64,000 nt of DNA from Gemmatimonadota bacterium. GTDB lineage: Bacteria > Gemmatimonadota > Gemmatimonadetes > Gemmatimonadales > Gemmatimonadaceae. The position numbers were made by a program, and so were the translations under genes. Under the pieces are notes generated by a model. The model was given only the letters and a program-made list of their open reading frames with translations. It was not told the DNA's origin and did no database searches. Positions 9,446-19,933 of the stretch are shown piece after piece (positions within the stretch are counted from its first letter, which is position 1; every line of letters begins with the position of its first letter). Location of the stretch: positions 1 to 64,000 of the forward strand of contig JAZJZK010000011.1 of the NCBI GenBank assembly GCA_040389905.1. Direction: 5' to 3'.

Positions 9446-10285
9446 ATGTTATGGAAGGACAATGGGCGCAGCTCCAATCTCGAAGATCGCCGTGGATTCG
9501 GTGGACGCGCAGGACTGGGCATCGGTGGGACTGCCGTCCTGCTCATCTTGAGCCTGGTATTCGGCCGCAATTTCTTCGATGACGTCGGCGCGGGTACCGG
9601 TTCCGGCGTTATCACAGAGTCCAATGGGCGGCTCGCTCCCGAGGATTCGGCGAGAGAAGAGCCGGAGGTGCGGTTCGTTTCGTTCGTCTTCGACGACGTC
9701 CAGAGCACGTGGGCGAAGGTGCTTCCGCAGTTCAACCAGCAGTATCACGACGCCCGAATCGTTCTGTTTCGCAATGCCACGGATACGGGGTGCGGGACCG
9801 GCCAGAGCGCGATGGGGCCATTCTATTGCCCTACCGATGAGAAGGTGTACATCGATCTTGCGTTCTACGAGGAGCTGAAATCGAAGTTCGCCGCCGCCGG
9901 TGACTTCGCGCAGGCGTACGTCATCGCACACGAGCTCGGTCATCATGTGCAGCACATCCTCGGCACCGACAGGCAGGTGCAGCGGGCAGCGCAGCAAGGC
10001 GGCGCTTCGGCGAATCAGATGTCCGTGAAGCTGGAACTCCAAGCCGACTGTTTTGCTGGCGTGTGGGCGCATTCGACCGAGCAGCGACGGATCCTGCAAG
10101 CCGGTGATGTGGACGAAGCGCTGACTGCGGCCGCGTCGGTTGGCGACGATCGCATTCAGGCGCGCACGAGCGGCCGCGTCAATCCGGATTCCTTCACGCA
10201 CGGTTCGGCTGAGCAGCGCGCGTCGTGGTTCAAGCGCGGATTACAGAGTGGCGATCCCCGGAGCTGCAATACCTTCGGCAGCTAG
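9446..10285 (+). CDS. Neutral zinc metallopeptidase (YpfJ-like)
   Basis: SSNLEDRR, GPFYCP, AHELGHHVQ, ELQADCFAG, FTHGS. Confidence 0.92.
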   Translation: MLWKDNGRSSNLEDRRGFGGRAGLGIGGTAVLLILSLVFGRNFFDDVGAGTGSGVITESNGRLAPEDSAREEPEVRFVSFVFDDVQSTWAKVLPQFNQQYHDARIVLFRNATDTGCGTGQSAMGPFYCPTDEKVYIDLAFYEELKSKFAAAGDFAQAYVIAHELGHHVQHILGTDRQVQRAAQQGGASANQMSVKLELQADCFAGVWAHSTEQRRILQAGDVDEALTAAASVGDDRIQARTSGRVNPDSFTHGSAEQRASWFKRGLQSGDPRSCNTFGS

Positions 10286-10354
10286 GGTAGGAGCTTCGGC
10301 TCAGGTGAGCCTCGCTGGCCTCTTTCGCCCGGTGAGAGGAGTCCTCATTTGAAA

Positions 10355-10444
10355 CGCAGAGGGCGCAGAGGAGCAGAGGTTCGCAGAGGACTTCGGAACG
10401 GCTTCGCTGTTCCTGCGAACCTCTGCTCCTCTGCGTCCTCCGCG
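10355..10444. repeat. Intergenic palindromic REP-like element (GCAGAGG family)
   Basis: Arms of about 32 bp at 10355-10386 and 10413-10444; a half copy at 28622-28657. Confidence 0.8.
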
Positions 10445-10514
10445 GTAAAGTTGACAACGCCTCTCATCCCGGCCTGGCAGCAAGCGATGCGGTCCAGATC
10501 CCTGAATAACCCGC

Positions 10515-10552
10515 AAATAGAAATCCCCCGTCCTGCCACCGGACGGGGGATT
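10515..10552 (-). terminator. Rho-independent terminator-like hairpin
   Basis: 12-bp stem AATCCCCCGTCC/GGACGGGGGATT just after the stop at 10570, T-rich tail on the minus strand. Confidence 0.7.
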
Positions 10553-10569
10553 CCATCATTGAGCCCAAT

Positions 10570-11928
10570 CTACGGACGAATCGGGAACGATCCGTACGGC
10601 AGGTTCGGGATGGTCGGACTCGTGAACGCGAAGAACACGGTGCCGGCTGTCGTGAATGTGGGGATGGAGAAGATCAGTTGGCCATTCGCATCGCTCGTCG
10701 CGGACGACGTGTACGTGGCATTGCCGGGCGTGACTACCGCCGTCGCCGTGACTGAGACGCCCGCCAACTTGACGTGATTGCCTTCCACATCGGCCAGCTG
10801 CGCGACGAAGTTGCTGCTGGGAACCCCGACCTGGTACGACTGCGGAATATTGCTGATCGCGAGAATTTGCGTTGGCGGAACGACAGGTGGTGTCGTCGCC
10901 GTCGCCGAAATCGTCACCGGTGCCAACCCCGGGAACGACGCCTCGAAGTTGTACAGGCCGGGGGTGCGGCCCGGCTTGATCAAGGTGCTCGCGCGACCAT
11001 CCGTCGCTTGCGTCGAACCGACCGCAATGCCAACCGAGCCCTCGTTCAACGCCCGGAAGTTGATCAGCTGGCCACCCATGACCTTGCCATCGGTCGCAAC
11101 CAGTTCCACCGTGAACTGGACAGGTAGATTTTGGCCACCCGGCCCCGTCTGGCCGCCCCCCGCGACGAGCGAGAGGCGAAGGGGCGTTGGGAGAATCGTC
11201 ACCCTCGCCGACCCTGAAATCCCGGACGTCGACGTGGCCGTAATGGTCACCGTACCACGCGGACCGCGCGGCGTCACACGCGCGTTACCAGCGCCTGCGG
11301 TTGGAGCAACGGTCGCGATGTTCGGGTCGCTCGATGACCACGTCACGGCGACGTCGTTGACACCGCGCCCGCCGTCATCGAACGCCGTCATGATGACGTC
11401 CTGGACTCGCCCTGGCTCCAACACGGCGTCTCCGGGCGACACGGAAATGCTCTTCACCGTGAAGCCGGGGCCGACATACTTCAGGGTGACCGTCTGCGGC
11501 GGATTCGACGAGGACGTTGGCGAATCGGAATCCTTCGCCGTCACACGTTGGAACGACGCAAACTGGAGCAGCCCATTGGAGTCGCGCAGCTCGATGTTCG
11601 CGTCCATCTGCTCGTCCTTCGTGGACGCGTTGACGAACACATCGATGGAAATCTCGCTCTGTCCGTCGGGGAACGTGACGGTCGTGTCCGCGGCGATCTC
11701 GCCGCTGAGCGTGTAGATCTTGATCTTGATCGTCAGGGCAGCGAGGAGGCCACGAGACTCCAGCGCCTTGTAGGCAGTGACTGCTTCCGGCGACCATTGC
11801 GGAGCGAACGAGAGCCGTGCCCTGAATGGACGCATGGTGCTCGTTACGCGCGTGCCGGTATCAGAGCAGGCGAGGGCCGCGCACGCGAGGGCGGCGGCCA
11901 GCAGCGAACGGGAGTATGTGCGCATCAA
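10570..11928 (-). CDS. Lipoprotein with bacterial Ig-like (Big_2/invasin-type) domains
   Basis: Lipobox ALAC; ISVSPG, VTWSSSDPNIATV, GTVTITAT. Confidence 0.8.
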   Translation of the reverse strand: MMRTYSRSLLAAALACAALACSDTGTRVTSTMRPFRARLSFAPQWSPEAVTAYKALESRGLLAALTIKIKIYTLSGEIAADTTVTFPDGQSEISIDVFVNASTKDEQMDANIELRDSNGLLQFASFQRVTAKDSDSPTSSSNPPQTVTLKYVGPGFTVKSISVSPGDAVLEPGRVQDVIMTAFDDGGRGVNDVAVTWSSSDPNIATVAPTAGAGNARVTPRGPRGTVTITATSTSGISGSARVTILPTPLRLSLVAGGGQTGPGGQNLPVQFTVELVATDGKVMGGQLINFRALNEGSVGIAVGSTQATDGRASTLIKPGRTPGLYNFEASFPGLAPVTISATATTPPVVPPTQILAISNIPQSYQVGVPSSNFVAQLADVEGNHVKLAGVSVTATAVVTPGNATYTSSATSDANGQLIFSIPTFTTAGTVFFAFTSPTIPNLPYGSFPIRP

Positions 11929-12045
11929 CGGAAGGAGAGTGATTCGACGCGGCGAATTTGGGGTACGAAGGACGCCGACATATGAATGATATGTCTATTA
12001 ATGGCGAATGCCAGCTTTTTTTCCGTGCGCTAGGGCACAGTGCGG

Positions 12046-15000
12046 CTAGCGGGAATCGAGTTTTCGGCCGGCGTTCAGGTTGTCGAAATTCAGCATCGCG
12101 TTGAACACCAGGAAGTAGCTCCCGACGGTCATTCCCCGGTAGATCGGGTTATTCGCGAACAGCACCACGTGGCCCTTGTCGTACGGCGCGTCGACCACCA
12201 CGGGCCGCTGCGCGACGTCGGTGCCGTCCAGTAGCCCCGATGCCAGAAGGTCCCGCTGCTCCGTGAAGCGAAGCGCCACTCGTGGCCGTTGCTCGATGGG
12301 AATGATGTTGAGCGGGTTCCGGAGCTGATCTTCGGAAATCGGCGCCGCTTGCCACGGCTGGACGGTGACCGGAGCTGGGGCGACGTTCTTGGGATCGAGG
12401 CTCGGAAAGCCCGGCACGAAGTCCGGATCGTCGGCCAACCCTCGGCCCGTTGGACGCCCGCCACCACCCCCACGTCCGCCGCCACGACCGCCGAAGGTGT
12501 TGCTCACATTGAAGCTCTCGCCCTCACTGCTGTAGACCGCCAGGTTGTCCTGAATGCCATAGACGATCGGGCTCGCATCGTCCACCACCTTCGTACGCAG
12601 AAGACTCCCCACCACATGCAGCCGAGGTGGGGTGTTCTGGCTGACACCTCGCCCAAACCCGCGCTGGATGGCGAAGTCCGTCGCGTTCTCGGAGGTGATG
12701 AAGACACCGCCTTTCGACACGAAGTCCTGAAGGTTCGCCAAGCCGGTCAGTCCCATCCCGGGCCGAATGTCGTCCGTTTGCGCATAACTCCCGAAGTTCG
12801 GAGTCTCCGTGCTGCCCTTCCAGGGCATGGCATTCCGCCACATCGGAAGCCCGTTGACGATTTGCTCCGAGGAGCCTCCCGTTGGAGGGAAGATGATGAC
12901 GTCGTACTTCGTATTGAGGTTCGCGACCTTGGCGAGATCCTGATTGCTGATGTAGTCGTATGGGATCTGGAGGAAGTCGAACGCCTGACGCCACCAGCCC
13001 TCGGTCTGCGTCGAGATCCAGGTGTGCATCAGCGCGACGCGCGGCGCGCGCGTCGGATGCATCTTCACCGTCGGCGCGCTGCCGAGCGCGTAGGCCTTGA
13101 TGCCCAGCTCCTTCGTCACGCGATCCAGCTCGCCACTCGCGATGCCGCGAATGATGAACGAGCCGCGATTGAACTTCTGGCCCGCAGCCTCGAACGGCTC
13201 TTCCGCCGCTTGCATATCGACCGTCGCGAGCTTGTAGCGCAACGTTACCAGGGCGTTGTCCGCGTTATGATTGATCGCGAACACGGTTCCTGTGCCATTC
13301 ACGCCGCCACGCGGATCGACCGACTGCACGCGCTCCATGGGCGTGTCGAGCACCTTCGCATCGACCACGCGCGTCGTCATCACGTTGAAGTTTTCCGGGA
13401 ATGACCACCCCGTATCGTCGTAGGGTGTTTTCTGCGGATCGTTCGGGCTCCAGTACTGGTGATCGAGCAGTGCGTCCGCGATGCGTGAGTACGGCTGGTC
13501 CATGCGGATGATGTAGCTACCCGCAGGAAATTGCCGAGTCTCGGTCGCGGTGCTTGCCGCGGAGTCCGATCCGGCCGCGCCGGCTCCGCCGCGTCCGCCC
13601 GCGGGCCGGCGCACTGGCAGTGAGACGCTGAAGGGCGCCGTCGCGCGCGAGATCTCAACACGCTGCTTCAACAGCACCTTCAACAGGTCCGCCTGCGCAC
13701 CGGGCCGAGGATCATTCGCCGTCAGAACGTACGCGGCTGGCCCTTCGATCTTGGCTCGGGTAACCGACCGCTTGCTCTTCTCGTAGAAGTTCTGGAGGAG
13801 TTGGTGACGGTTGTTCGCGAAGTAGAAGAGCGAGACGAGCAATCCCGTTTGCTCGTAGTTGTTGTTGTTGCGGAGCGACCACATGACGCGCGGGAGGGGC
13901 GGGTTCTGCCGCCACCATGTGCGCGACGTCTGATCGGGCGAGAGCGTACGTTCGATCGTCTCCGCGGAGCCACCATTGCCGAGCGTCTCGTACAGGCGGC
14001 TGATGCCGTTGTGAGTCGCGGCGATGAACATCAGATAGCCCGGCGACCATGTGTCGAAATTCCCGTGCGCGTACACCCCCGGCATGCCGAGCCGCGTCAT
14101 CTCCTGCACGTTGTTCCAGCCCATCATCTGCCACTCGTTGGTGAGCAGGGGATCGACCCACGCGTTGTACGGGCCGTCGCCGATGGTGTTGTCGTAGAGG
14201 TACTGACCGGATTCATGCAGGTCGTGCAGCACCTGCGCCTTCCAGTCGACGTATGTGTTCAGCACGTTCTGCGTGAGCTTGAGCGTCACGCCCATCGCGT
14301 CGCGATTGTTGTCGTGCGCCACGTACTTGCCCCAGTACAGCAGGCCGGGATACGTCTCGCCTGGGTGCGCCATGTGCCACTTGAACAGGTCGACGACGCG
14401 GTCGCGACCATCGACTTCGACGATCGGCGTGATCAGCGTGATGACCTTGCTGCGGATGTGCTTGATGTATGGGCTCTCGTCAACGGCGAGCCGGTACGCG
14501 AGCTCCATCAACGCTGTCGGGGCGCCTGACTCCGTCGAGTGAATCGAGCCAGTGATGTAGTAGACCGGTGTCACGTCCTTCACGATCGCTTCGGCCTGAC
14601 GATCATCCATGTTGATCGTGCGCGGATCGGCGAGCTTTGCGAGCTTTTCGCGGTTGCTCTCCAGCTTCGCCAGAATCGCCTCGTCCGCGACGGCGACGGC
14701 GATCATCTCGCGCCCTTCCTCCGTCGTGCCGATCGACACGACCTTCACGCGTGGGGAACTCTTCGCCAACAGCCGCATGTACGCGTAGACGTCTTTCGAA
14801 TACGGCAGGTTGTTCTTCGCGCCCGCAATGTCGCCGAGCACAGCCATCGGCGTCGGCACCGACTTTGACGCGGGCAGGTAGTCCACGAGCGGAGACAGGA
14901 AGAACTTCTCGGTGGTGTACTCGAGAATCTTCTTCGTGTAGGCCTCGTCGATCGGCTGGTTGGGGGAGCGACCCGGTTTGGCAGTGGAGAGGTCGGCGGC

Positions 15001-15081
15001 TGACTGCGCCGTCGCGGTGGCTGCGGCGAGGGAAAGCAGGACGATCAACGAGAGGCCGAGACGCTCGGTCAGACGCTGCAT
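12046..15081 (-). CDS. Secreted M14-family zinc carboxypeptidase
   Basis: Signal peptide; HSTE, DNNRD, HDLHE motifs; C-terminal glutamine-amidotransferase-like region. Confidence 0.88.
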   Translation of the reverse strand: MQRLTERLGLSLIVLLSLAAATATAQSAADLSTAKPGRSPNQPIDEAYTKKILEYTTEKFFLSPLVDYLPASKSVPTPMAVLGDIAGAKNNLPYSKDVYAYMRLLAKSSPRVKVVSIGTTEEGREMIAVAVADEAILAKLESNREKLAKLADPRTINMDDRQAEAIVKDVTPVYYITGSIHSTESGAPTALMELAYRLAVDESPYIKHIRSKVITLITPIVEVDGRDRVVDLFKWHMAHPGETYPGLLYWGKYVAHDNNRDAMGVTLKLTQNVLNTYVDWKAQVLHDLHESGQYLYDNTIGDGPYNAWVDPLLTNEWQMMGWNNVQEMTRLGMPGVYAHGNFDTWSPGYLMFIAATHNGISRLYETLGNGGSAETIERTLSPDQTSRTWWRQNPPLPRVMWSLRNNNNYEQTGLLVSLFYFANNRHQLLQNFYEKSKRSVTRAKIEGPAAYVLTANDPRPGAQADLLKVLLKQRVEISRATAPFSVSLPVRRPAGGRGGAGAAGSDSAASTATETRQFPAGSYIIRMDQPYSRIADALLDHQYWSPNDPQKTPYDDTGWSFPENFNVMTTRVVDAKVLDTPMERVQSVDPRGGVNGTGTVFAINHNADNALVTLRYKLATVDMQAAEEPFEAAGQKFNRGSFIIRGIASGELDRVTKELGIKAYALGSAPTVKMHPTRAPRVALMHTWISTQTEGWWRQAFDFLQIPYDYISNQDLAKVANLNTKYDVIIFPPTGGSSEQIVNGLPMWRNAMPWKGSTETPNFGSYAQTDDIRPGMGLTGLANLQDFVSKGGVFITSENATDFAIQRGFGRGVSQNTPPRLHVVGSLLRTKVVDDASPIVYGIQDNLAVYSSEGESFNVSNTFGGRGGGRGGGGGRPTGRGLADDPDFVPGFPSLDPKNVAPAPVTVQPWQAAPISEDQLRNPLNIIPIEQRPRVALRFTEQRDLLASGLLDGTDVAQRPVVVDAPYDKGHVVLFANNPIYRGMTVGSYFLVFNAMLNFDNLNAGRKLDSR

Positions 15082-15193
15082 TGGCGACTGGGATTTGGGG
15101 GAACGCTCAAGGGAAGGACAGCGAGGATCATCGGGCGTGGGGCAGGGGGAGTCAAGGGTTCCCCACGCCGAGTCGGCACTGCATTTCAGATAT

Positions 15194-15379
15194 CAGATTC
15201 TCAGGTGCTCAGCTCGCAGCCGCAGCACACAGATTGTCAGGGGGTGTTGCGTCCGCTCGTTTGTCGCCCTGCAAAGCGAAGGGCCTGAAGCTCGGCCCGG
15301 TGATGGGAATCGACACCTGATCGCCACACCCCCTGGTACTCTGACAGCTGCGGCGGATGGCTGAGCACCTGTAAATCTG
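15194..15379. repeat. Long intergenic palindromic element, copy 1
   Basis: CAGATTCTCAGGTGCTCAG...CAGGGGGTGT / ACACCCCCTG...CTGAGCACCTG; homologous to 19432-19570. Confidence 0.75.
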
Positions 15380-15462
15380 TCAGTCTGACGTGTCTTTGCG
15401 CAGTCTGACGTGCCGTTGCTGCGAAGTTTGCAACAGCTGCGTCCTCCCCCACATTTCTGATC

Positions 15463-16311
15463 ATGAACGTCCACCTCATCCTCGTCCCCTACGACTCCGG
15501 CCACCGCGATCTTCGCATGGGTCGTGGCCCCTCCCGATTGTACGAGGCTGGCATTTCCTCGGCTCTCGAGCAGACTGGCGCGAAGGTCACGGTTACCACG
15601 ATCGACCTCCCTTCCGACTCCTTTCCAGCGGAGGTCGGCGCGGCGTTCGCGCTCAACCGCTTGCTCGCGAGCACCGTTGCTGAGGCGAAGGCGGCGGGTG
15701 CGCTTCCAATTGTTCTCGCCGGCAACTGCAATACAGCGATTGGCACCGTCACCGGTCTGCATGCCACAAACGGACGCATCCCCGCGGTCTGCTGGCTCGA
15801 TGCGCATGCGGACTTCAACACGCCGGAGACATCGAGTAGCGGCTTCCTCGACGGAATGGCCGTCGCGATTCTCACGGGCAGGGCGTGGCGCGCCATGACA
15901 CAAACGGTCGAGAGCTTTCAGCCCGTACCCGAGTCGCGTGTCGTGCTGGTGGGCACTCGCGACTATGATCCGATCGAGGAGGCGTTGCTGGTCAGCTCGC
16001 CCATTCGCCGAGTGCCCGTAGGAGAACTGGGTGTGGGATTCGATGAGGCACTCGACGCGATTCATGCAGAAGCGCCGACGATGTATTTCCACCTCGATCT
16101 CGATGTCGTGGACATCTCCGAGGGCTCGGCGAACACGTTCGCGTGCGCCGGCGGACTCTCCCGCACGAACGTGCTCGATGTGTTCGAGCGCGCGACGAAG
16201 AAACTCGAACTCGGCGCGTTGGCGATTACGGCGTATGATCCGACCAACGGGCCGGATTTGCACATCGAAGCGCTGGCGTTCGCGGTCGCGTCAGCTGCGG
16301 TGCGCAAGTAA
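15463..16311 (+). CDS. Arginase/agmatinase-family protein
   Basis: DAHADFNTP and HLDLDV metal motifs; AGNC in place of GGDH. Confidence 0.88.
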   Translation: MNVHLILVPYDSGHRDLRMGRGPSRLYEAGISSALEQTGAKVTVTTIDLPSDSFPAEVGAAFALNRLLASTVAEAKAAGALPIVLAGNCNTAIGTVTGLHATNGRIPAVCWLDAHADFNTPETSSSGFLDGMAVAILTGRAWRAMTQTVESFQPVPESRVVLVGTRDYDPIEEALLVSSPIRRVPVGELGVGFDEALDAIHAEAPTMYFHLDLDVVDISEGSANTFACAGGLSRTNVLDVFERATKKLELGALAITAYDPTNGPDLHIEALAFAVASAAVRK

Positions 16312-16330
16312 GGGGTGGGGTCGAGCCGGT

Positions 16331-16411
16331 GGGGTCGGAGTCGTTGAAAAATGGTACGCTGCGGCGGCGGGGTCGTTTCCGGGGGTCGGAGTCGTTGAAA
16401 AATGGTACGCT
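16331..16411 (+). repeat. 30-bp direct repeat, two copies
   Basis: GGGGTCGGAGTCGTTGAAAAATGGTACGCT at 16331-16360 and 16382-16411. Confidence 0.85.
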
Positions 16412-16432
16412 ACCTGTGAGGAGCGGAAATAC

Positions 16433-16501
16433 CGGATGCAACGGATAACAGCCGGATCAAACCCTGAGGGTTCTTGATCCGGCTGTTATCCGTTGCATCC
16501 G
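16433..16501. repeat. Perfect 28-bp inverted repeat between convergent genes
   Basis: CGGATGCAACGGATAACAGCCGGATCAA (16433-16460) and its reverse complement at 16474-16501. Confidence 0.9.
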
Positions 16502-16566
16502 TTTAATCCGTTCCTAAAGCTGATCGATCCGCCCCGCCGCGATTCGACAGACGCGGCGAAACGATC

Positions 16567-18807
16567 TCACCCCCACTTGAGATCCTGACCCGACAACGGC
16601 AACGTCCGAATCCGCTTGCCCGTCGCCGCAAAGATGGCGTTACAAAGGGCCGGCGGAGCAGGCGGCAACGCCGGCTCGCCGAGTCCGGTCGGCGCGATCG
16701 AATTACTGACGAAGTGCACCTCGACTGGCACTGCTTCCGCAAAGCGCAGGAGCGGGAAGTCGTCGAAGTTCTGCTGCACGACACGACCCTTGTCGATCGT
16801 GATCTCCTGGCCCAGCGCCTGTGCGAGACCATCGAGCACGGAGCCCTGGACCTGATTCTCGGCGTTCAGCGGGTTGATGACCTGGCTTCCGATGTCGCCC
16901 GCGACCCACACCTTCTCGATCGTCAGCTTGCCGTCCTTGCTCACGCTCGCCTTTGCCACCTCCGCGAAGTAGCCGCGGTGGCTGAAGTGGAATGCGACGC
17001 CCATGCCGGTGCCCTTGGGGAGCGCTGTCTTGCCCCAACCAGACTTTTCGCGGACGAGTTCCAGGACCGCGATCGCGCGTGCGGCGTCGTACGGTGCAGG
17101 CTGCGGCCCGTTTGCTCCAGCGGCGGGCGGTGCGTCCGGAATCGGGCTCTTGAGCAGGTCGATCCGGAACTGCAGGGGATCCTTGCCCGCCGCGTGCGCC
17201 AACTCGTCGACAAACGACTGCGTCGCGAATGCGATGCCATTGCTGCCGGGCGCGCGCAGGAAACCGGTCGGTACGCCAAGTGGCATGACCGACTGGTCGA
17301 TCGCGAAGTTCGGGACGAAGCGCGCGGGGAACTCGGTTGCGCCAAGGCTCGCGCCCGGCGCAGAGGCTTGTCCGTTCTCGCCGAAGGAGACGAAGTGATT
17401 GCGCCACGCGATGATCTTGCCCGCCGCATCGACGCCACCGGAGAAGTGGTGGAAGCCCGCCGGACGGTAAAAGTCGTGCTGGATGTCGTCTTCGCGTGTC
17501 CAGAGGAGCTTGACCGGCGCGCCGGCGACTTTCGCGATCCACGCGGCCTCGACCATGTAGTCATTGCTCAACCGGCGACCGAATCCGCCACCGCCGCGCG
17601 TGAGATGCACCGTGATGTTCGCTGCATCCAACCCCAGCGTTCTCGCAACCAGCGTTCGGCCGCCATCGGGCGCCTGTGACGGCGCCCAGATTTCCATCTT
17701 GCCATCGGCCTGCATGTGCGCGGTGCAGTTCTGCGGCTCGAGCGACGCATGTGCGATGAACGGATAGAAGTAGTCGCCCTTCACGGTCTTCGCGGCATTC
17801 GCAAGCGCGGCGTCGACATCGCCATCCTTGCGAACATTTCGCTGCGGCGCCGCCTTCGAGAATGCCGCCGCCTGCGCGGCGAACCCGGTGCTGCTCTGCT
17901 GCGCCGTCGTTCCCTCGTCCCACGTGACCTTGAGCTTTGAACGCGCGCTCCTTGCCTGCCACCAACTATCGGCAACGATGGCGACGCCCGGCTGCAGCCC
18001 GGCCAGTCCGGGGGTGCCGTCGACGACGAACGCGTGCGTCACACCAGGGAGTGCCTTGATCGCCTCGACGTTCGCGCTCGCGACCTTGCCGGCGAACACG
18101 GGACATTTCACGAACGTCGCGTACAACATGCCTGGCACCGTCACATCGATGCCGAACATCGGCTTGCCGCGTACGATATTCGGCACATCGACACCACGGA
18201 TGCGCTGGCCGATGATCTTGAAATCCTTCGGCTCCTTCAGCTTGACCGTCGCGAGGTCTGGCGCTGGAATCGCCACCGCCTTTGCTGCGAGATCGCCGTA
18301 CGATGCGGAGCGCTTGCTCGCGCGATGCCACACAACACCCTTTTCAGTTTCCAACTCGGCGGCCGGAACGCTCCACTGTGCCGCGGCGGCGCCGACCAGC
18401 ATGCCACGCGCTGCCGCGCCGACGCGCCGCATCGACAGCCAGTTGCCTGGCGTCGCACTGCTGCCGCCCGCCACCTGGCCTGGATAGTTCTTGGGGTCGA
18501 GATCACCCTGCTCGACGCGCACCTTGCTCCAATCGGCGTCGAGCTCTTCGGCGATCAGCATCGGCAGCATCGTCTTGACGCCCTGGCCGACCTCCGGGTT
18601 CTTCCCGATGATCGTGATCAGGCCGTCCGCGGTAATGCGGATGTACGCATTCAGCGTCGCATCGGCAGGAAGTGCGCTGCCGAGTGTTTCCATTGCGCCA
18701 AGTGGCTCGATGTAGCTGGCGAGTAGGATTCCACCGCCAGCGATTGCCGAGACGCGGAGGAAGTCGCGGCGCGAAACCGGCGTGGCCATCTTCTCGGACG
18801 CGCTCAT
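16567..18807 (-). CDS. Xanthine dehydrogenase-family molybdopterin-binding subunit (isoquinoline 1-oxidoreductase beta-like), Tat-exported
   Basis: SRRDFL twin-arginine; [22 protein letters not shown] motifs; ATG at 18807 overlaps the upstream stop (ATGA). Confidence 0.92.
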   Translation of the reverse strand: MSASEKMATPVSRRDFLRVSAIAGGGILLASYIEPLGAMETLGSALPADATLNAYIRITADGLITIIGKNPEVGQGVKTMLPMLIAEELDADWSKVRVEQGDLDPKNYPGQVAGGSSATPGNWLSMRRVGAAARGMLVGAAAAQWSVPAAELETEKGVVWHRASKRSASYGDLAAKAVAIPAPDLATVKLKEPKDFKIIGQRIRGVDVPNIVRGKPMFGIDVTVPGMLYATFVKCPVFAGKVASANVEAIKALPGVTHAFVVDGTPGLAGLQPGVAIVADSWWQARSARSKLKVTWDEGTTAQQSSTGFAAQAAAFSKAAPQRNVRKDGDVDAALANAAKTVKGDYFYPFIAHASLEPQNCTAHMQADGKMEIWAPSQAPDGGRTLVARTLGLDAANITVHLTRGGGGFGRRLSNDYMVEAAWIAKVAGAPVKLLWTREDDIQHDFYRPAGFHHFSGGVDAAGKIIAWRNHFVSFGENGQASAPGASLGATEFPARFVPNFAIDQSVMPLGVPTGFLRAPGSNGIAFATQSFVDELAHAAGKDPLQFRIDLLKSPIPDAPPAAGANGPQPAPYDAARAIAVLELVREKSGWGKTALPKGTGMGVAFHFSHRGYFAEVAKASVSKDGKLTIEKVWVAGDIGSQVINPLNAENQVQGSVLDGLAQALGQEITIDKGRVVQQNFDDFPLLRFAEAVPVEVHFVSNSIAPTGLGEPALPPAPPALCNAIFAATGKRIRTLPLSGQDLKWG

Positions 18808-19307
18808 TGTCCCCTCCCGTTGCCCTTGCTCGCCCCGCCGTCCGCGGCTTGCGACTGCAGTTCGGCGGCGCGGTGAATTGCGGCGCGAATGCGGAGATAC
18901 GTTGCGCAGCGGCAGAGATTCTCGTTCATCGCATCGTCGATGTTCGAGTCGCTCGGCTTGGGGTTCCGCGCGAGCAACGCCGAGGCGGACATCATCTGGC
19001 CGGCCTGGCAGTATCCGCACTGCGGGACATCGAGCTCTTCCCACGCACGTTGAACGGGGTGTGTCCCGTTGGCGGACAGCCCTTCGATGGTCGTGATGTT
19101 CGCGCCTTGAACCGATGAGATCGGCGTCATGCAGGAGCGCTGCGCGGCGCCATTGAGGTGCACGGTACAGGCGCCACATTGCGAGAGGCCACAGCCGAAT
19201 TTGGTGCCCTTGAGGTCCAGCGTGTCGCGAATCGTCCAGAGCAGGGGCATGTCGCCCGGGACATCCACGGTCTTTTGCTGGCCGTTGATCTTGAAGCTGA
19301 CCTTCAT
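18804..19307 (-). CDS. (2Fe-2S)-binding small subunit (IorA-like)
   Basis: [29 protein letters not shown]. Confidence 0.95.
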   Translation of the reverse strand: MKVSFKINGQQKTVDVPGDMPLLWTIRDTLDLKGTKFGCGLSQCGACTVHLNGAAQRSCMTPISSVQGANITTIEGLSANGTHPVQRAWEELDVPQCGYCQAGQMMSASALLARNPKPSDSNIDDAMNENLCRCATYLRIRAAIHRAAELQSQAADGGASKGNGRGQ

Positions 19308-19431
19308 GTGGGGACCTCGAGGAGGTGCGAGGCGGGTGGGGCAGGCGTGCCCGAATCAAAACAATCTGGGGAGTCCCCGCGGGGGAGTCCAGAGAATTCT
19401 ACGCGACAGTCCGGTAAAGCGTTTCCGATGC

Positions 19432-19570
19432 CAGATTCTCAGGGGCTCAGCTTGCCGCCACAGCCAAACAGATCTTCAGGGGGTGTGGCGTAGGGGGTGC
19501 GACGCACCCAAGCGCCACACCCCCTGAGAATCTGCTAGCTGTGGCTGACCTCTGAGCACCTGAAACCCTG
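19432..19570. repeat. Long intergenic palindromic element, copy 2
   Basis: Same arms as 15194-15379 with a shorter centre. Confidence 0.75.
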
Positions 19571-19603
19571 CAGCCTGAACCGCAGTTCAGCCTCAACGGT
19601 AGC

Positions 19604-19933
19604 TCAAACGTCGATGTAGATCGCCCCATCTTCTATGCTCAACCCAACCCCCGCCGCGGTCGCGGCCTCCTGGAGCGCCGCCTCGAGCATCACGACAGGA
19701 TCCGGACTCACGTCGAGCCGACGCATGATGCCCTCACCCTTCTTGCCCGCCGCGGTCAGCGTGACCTTGAGCCCACGACGCTTGCATTTCACGCTGGCGC
19801 CGTCAGGAAGCGTCGCATTCATGGGCTTCACGAACGCGTCGATGTAGTGCACCCCGATGCCTGACTTGTCGAGCATCACCGATGGCAGCTTGTCCTTCGC
19901 TGCTGGATTCACGTCGCAAAGCTTCTGTTTCAT
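19604..19933 (-). CDS. Hypothetical protein (109 aa), last gene of the methyl-transfer operon
   Basis: ATG at 19933 overlaps the upstream stop (ATGA). Confidence 0.7.
   Translation of the reverse strand: MKQKLCDVNPAAKDKLPSVMLDKSGIGVHYIDAFVKPMNATLPDGASVKCKRRGLKVTLTAAGKKGEGIMRRLDVSPDPVVMLEAALQEAATAAGVGLSIEDGAIYIDV

Noticed and set aside
16331..16411. 30-bp direct repeats as a CRISPR array
   Set aside because: Only two copies, a 21-bp spacer and no cas operon; better explained as a REP-like repeat
18808..19359. 930-aa version of the molybdopterin subunit
   Set aside because: The extension overlaps the 2Fe-2S gene in another frame; the Tat motif and RBS support the start at 18807
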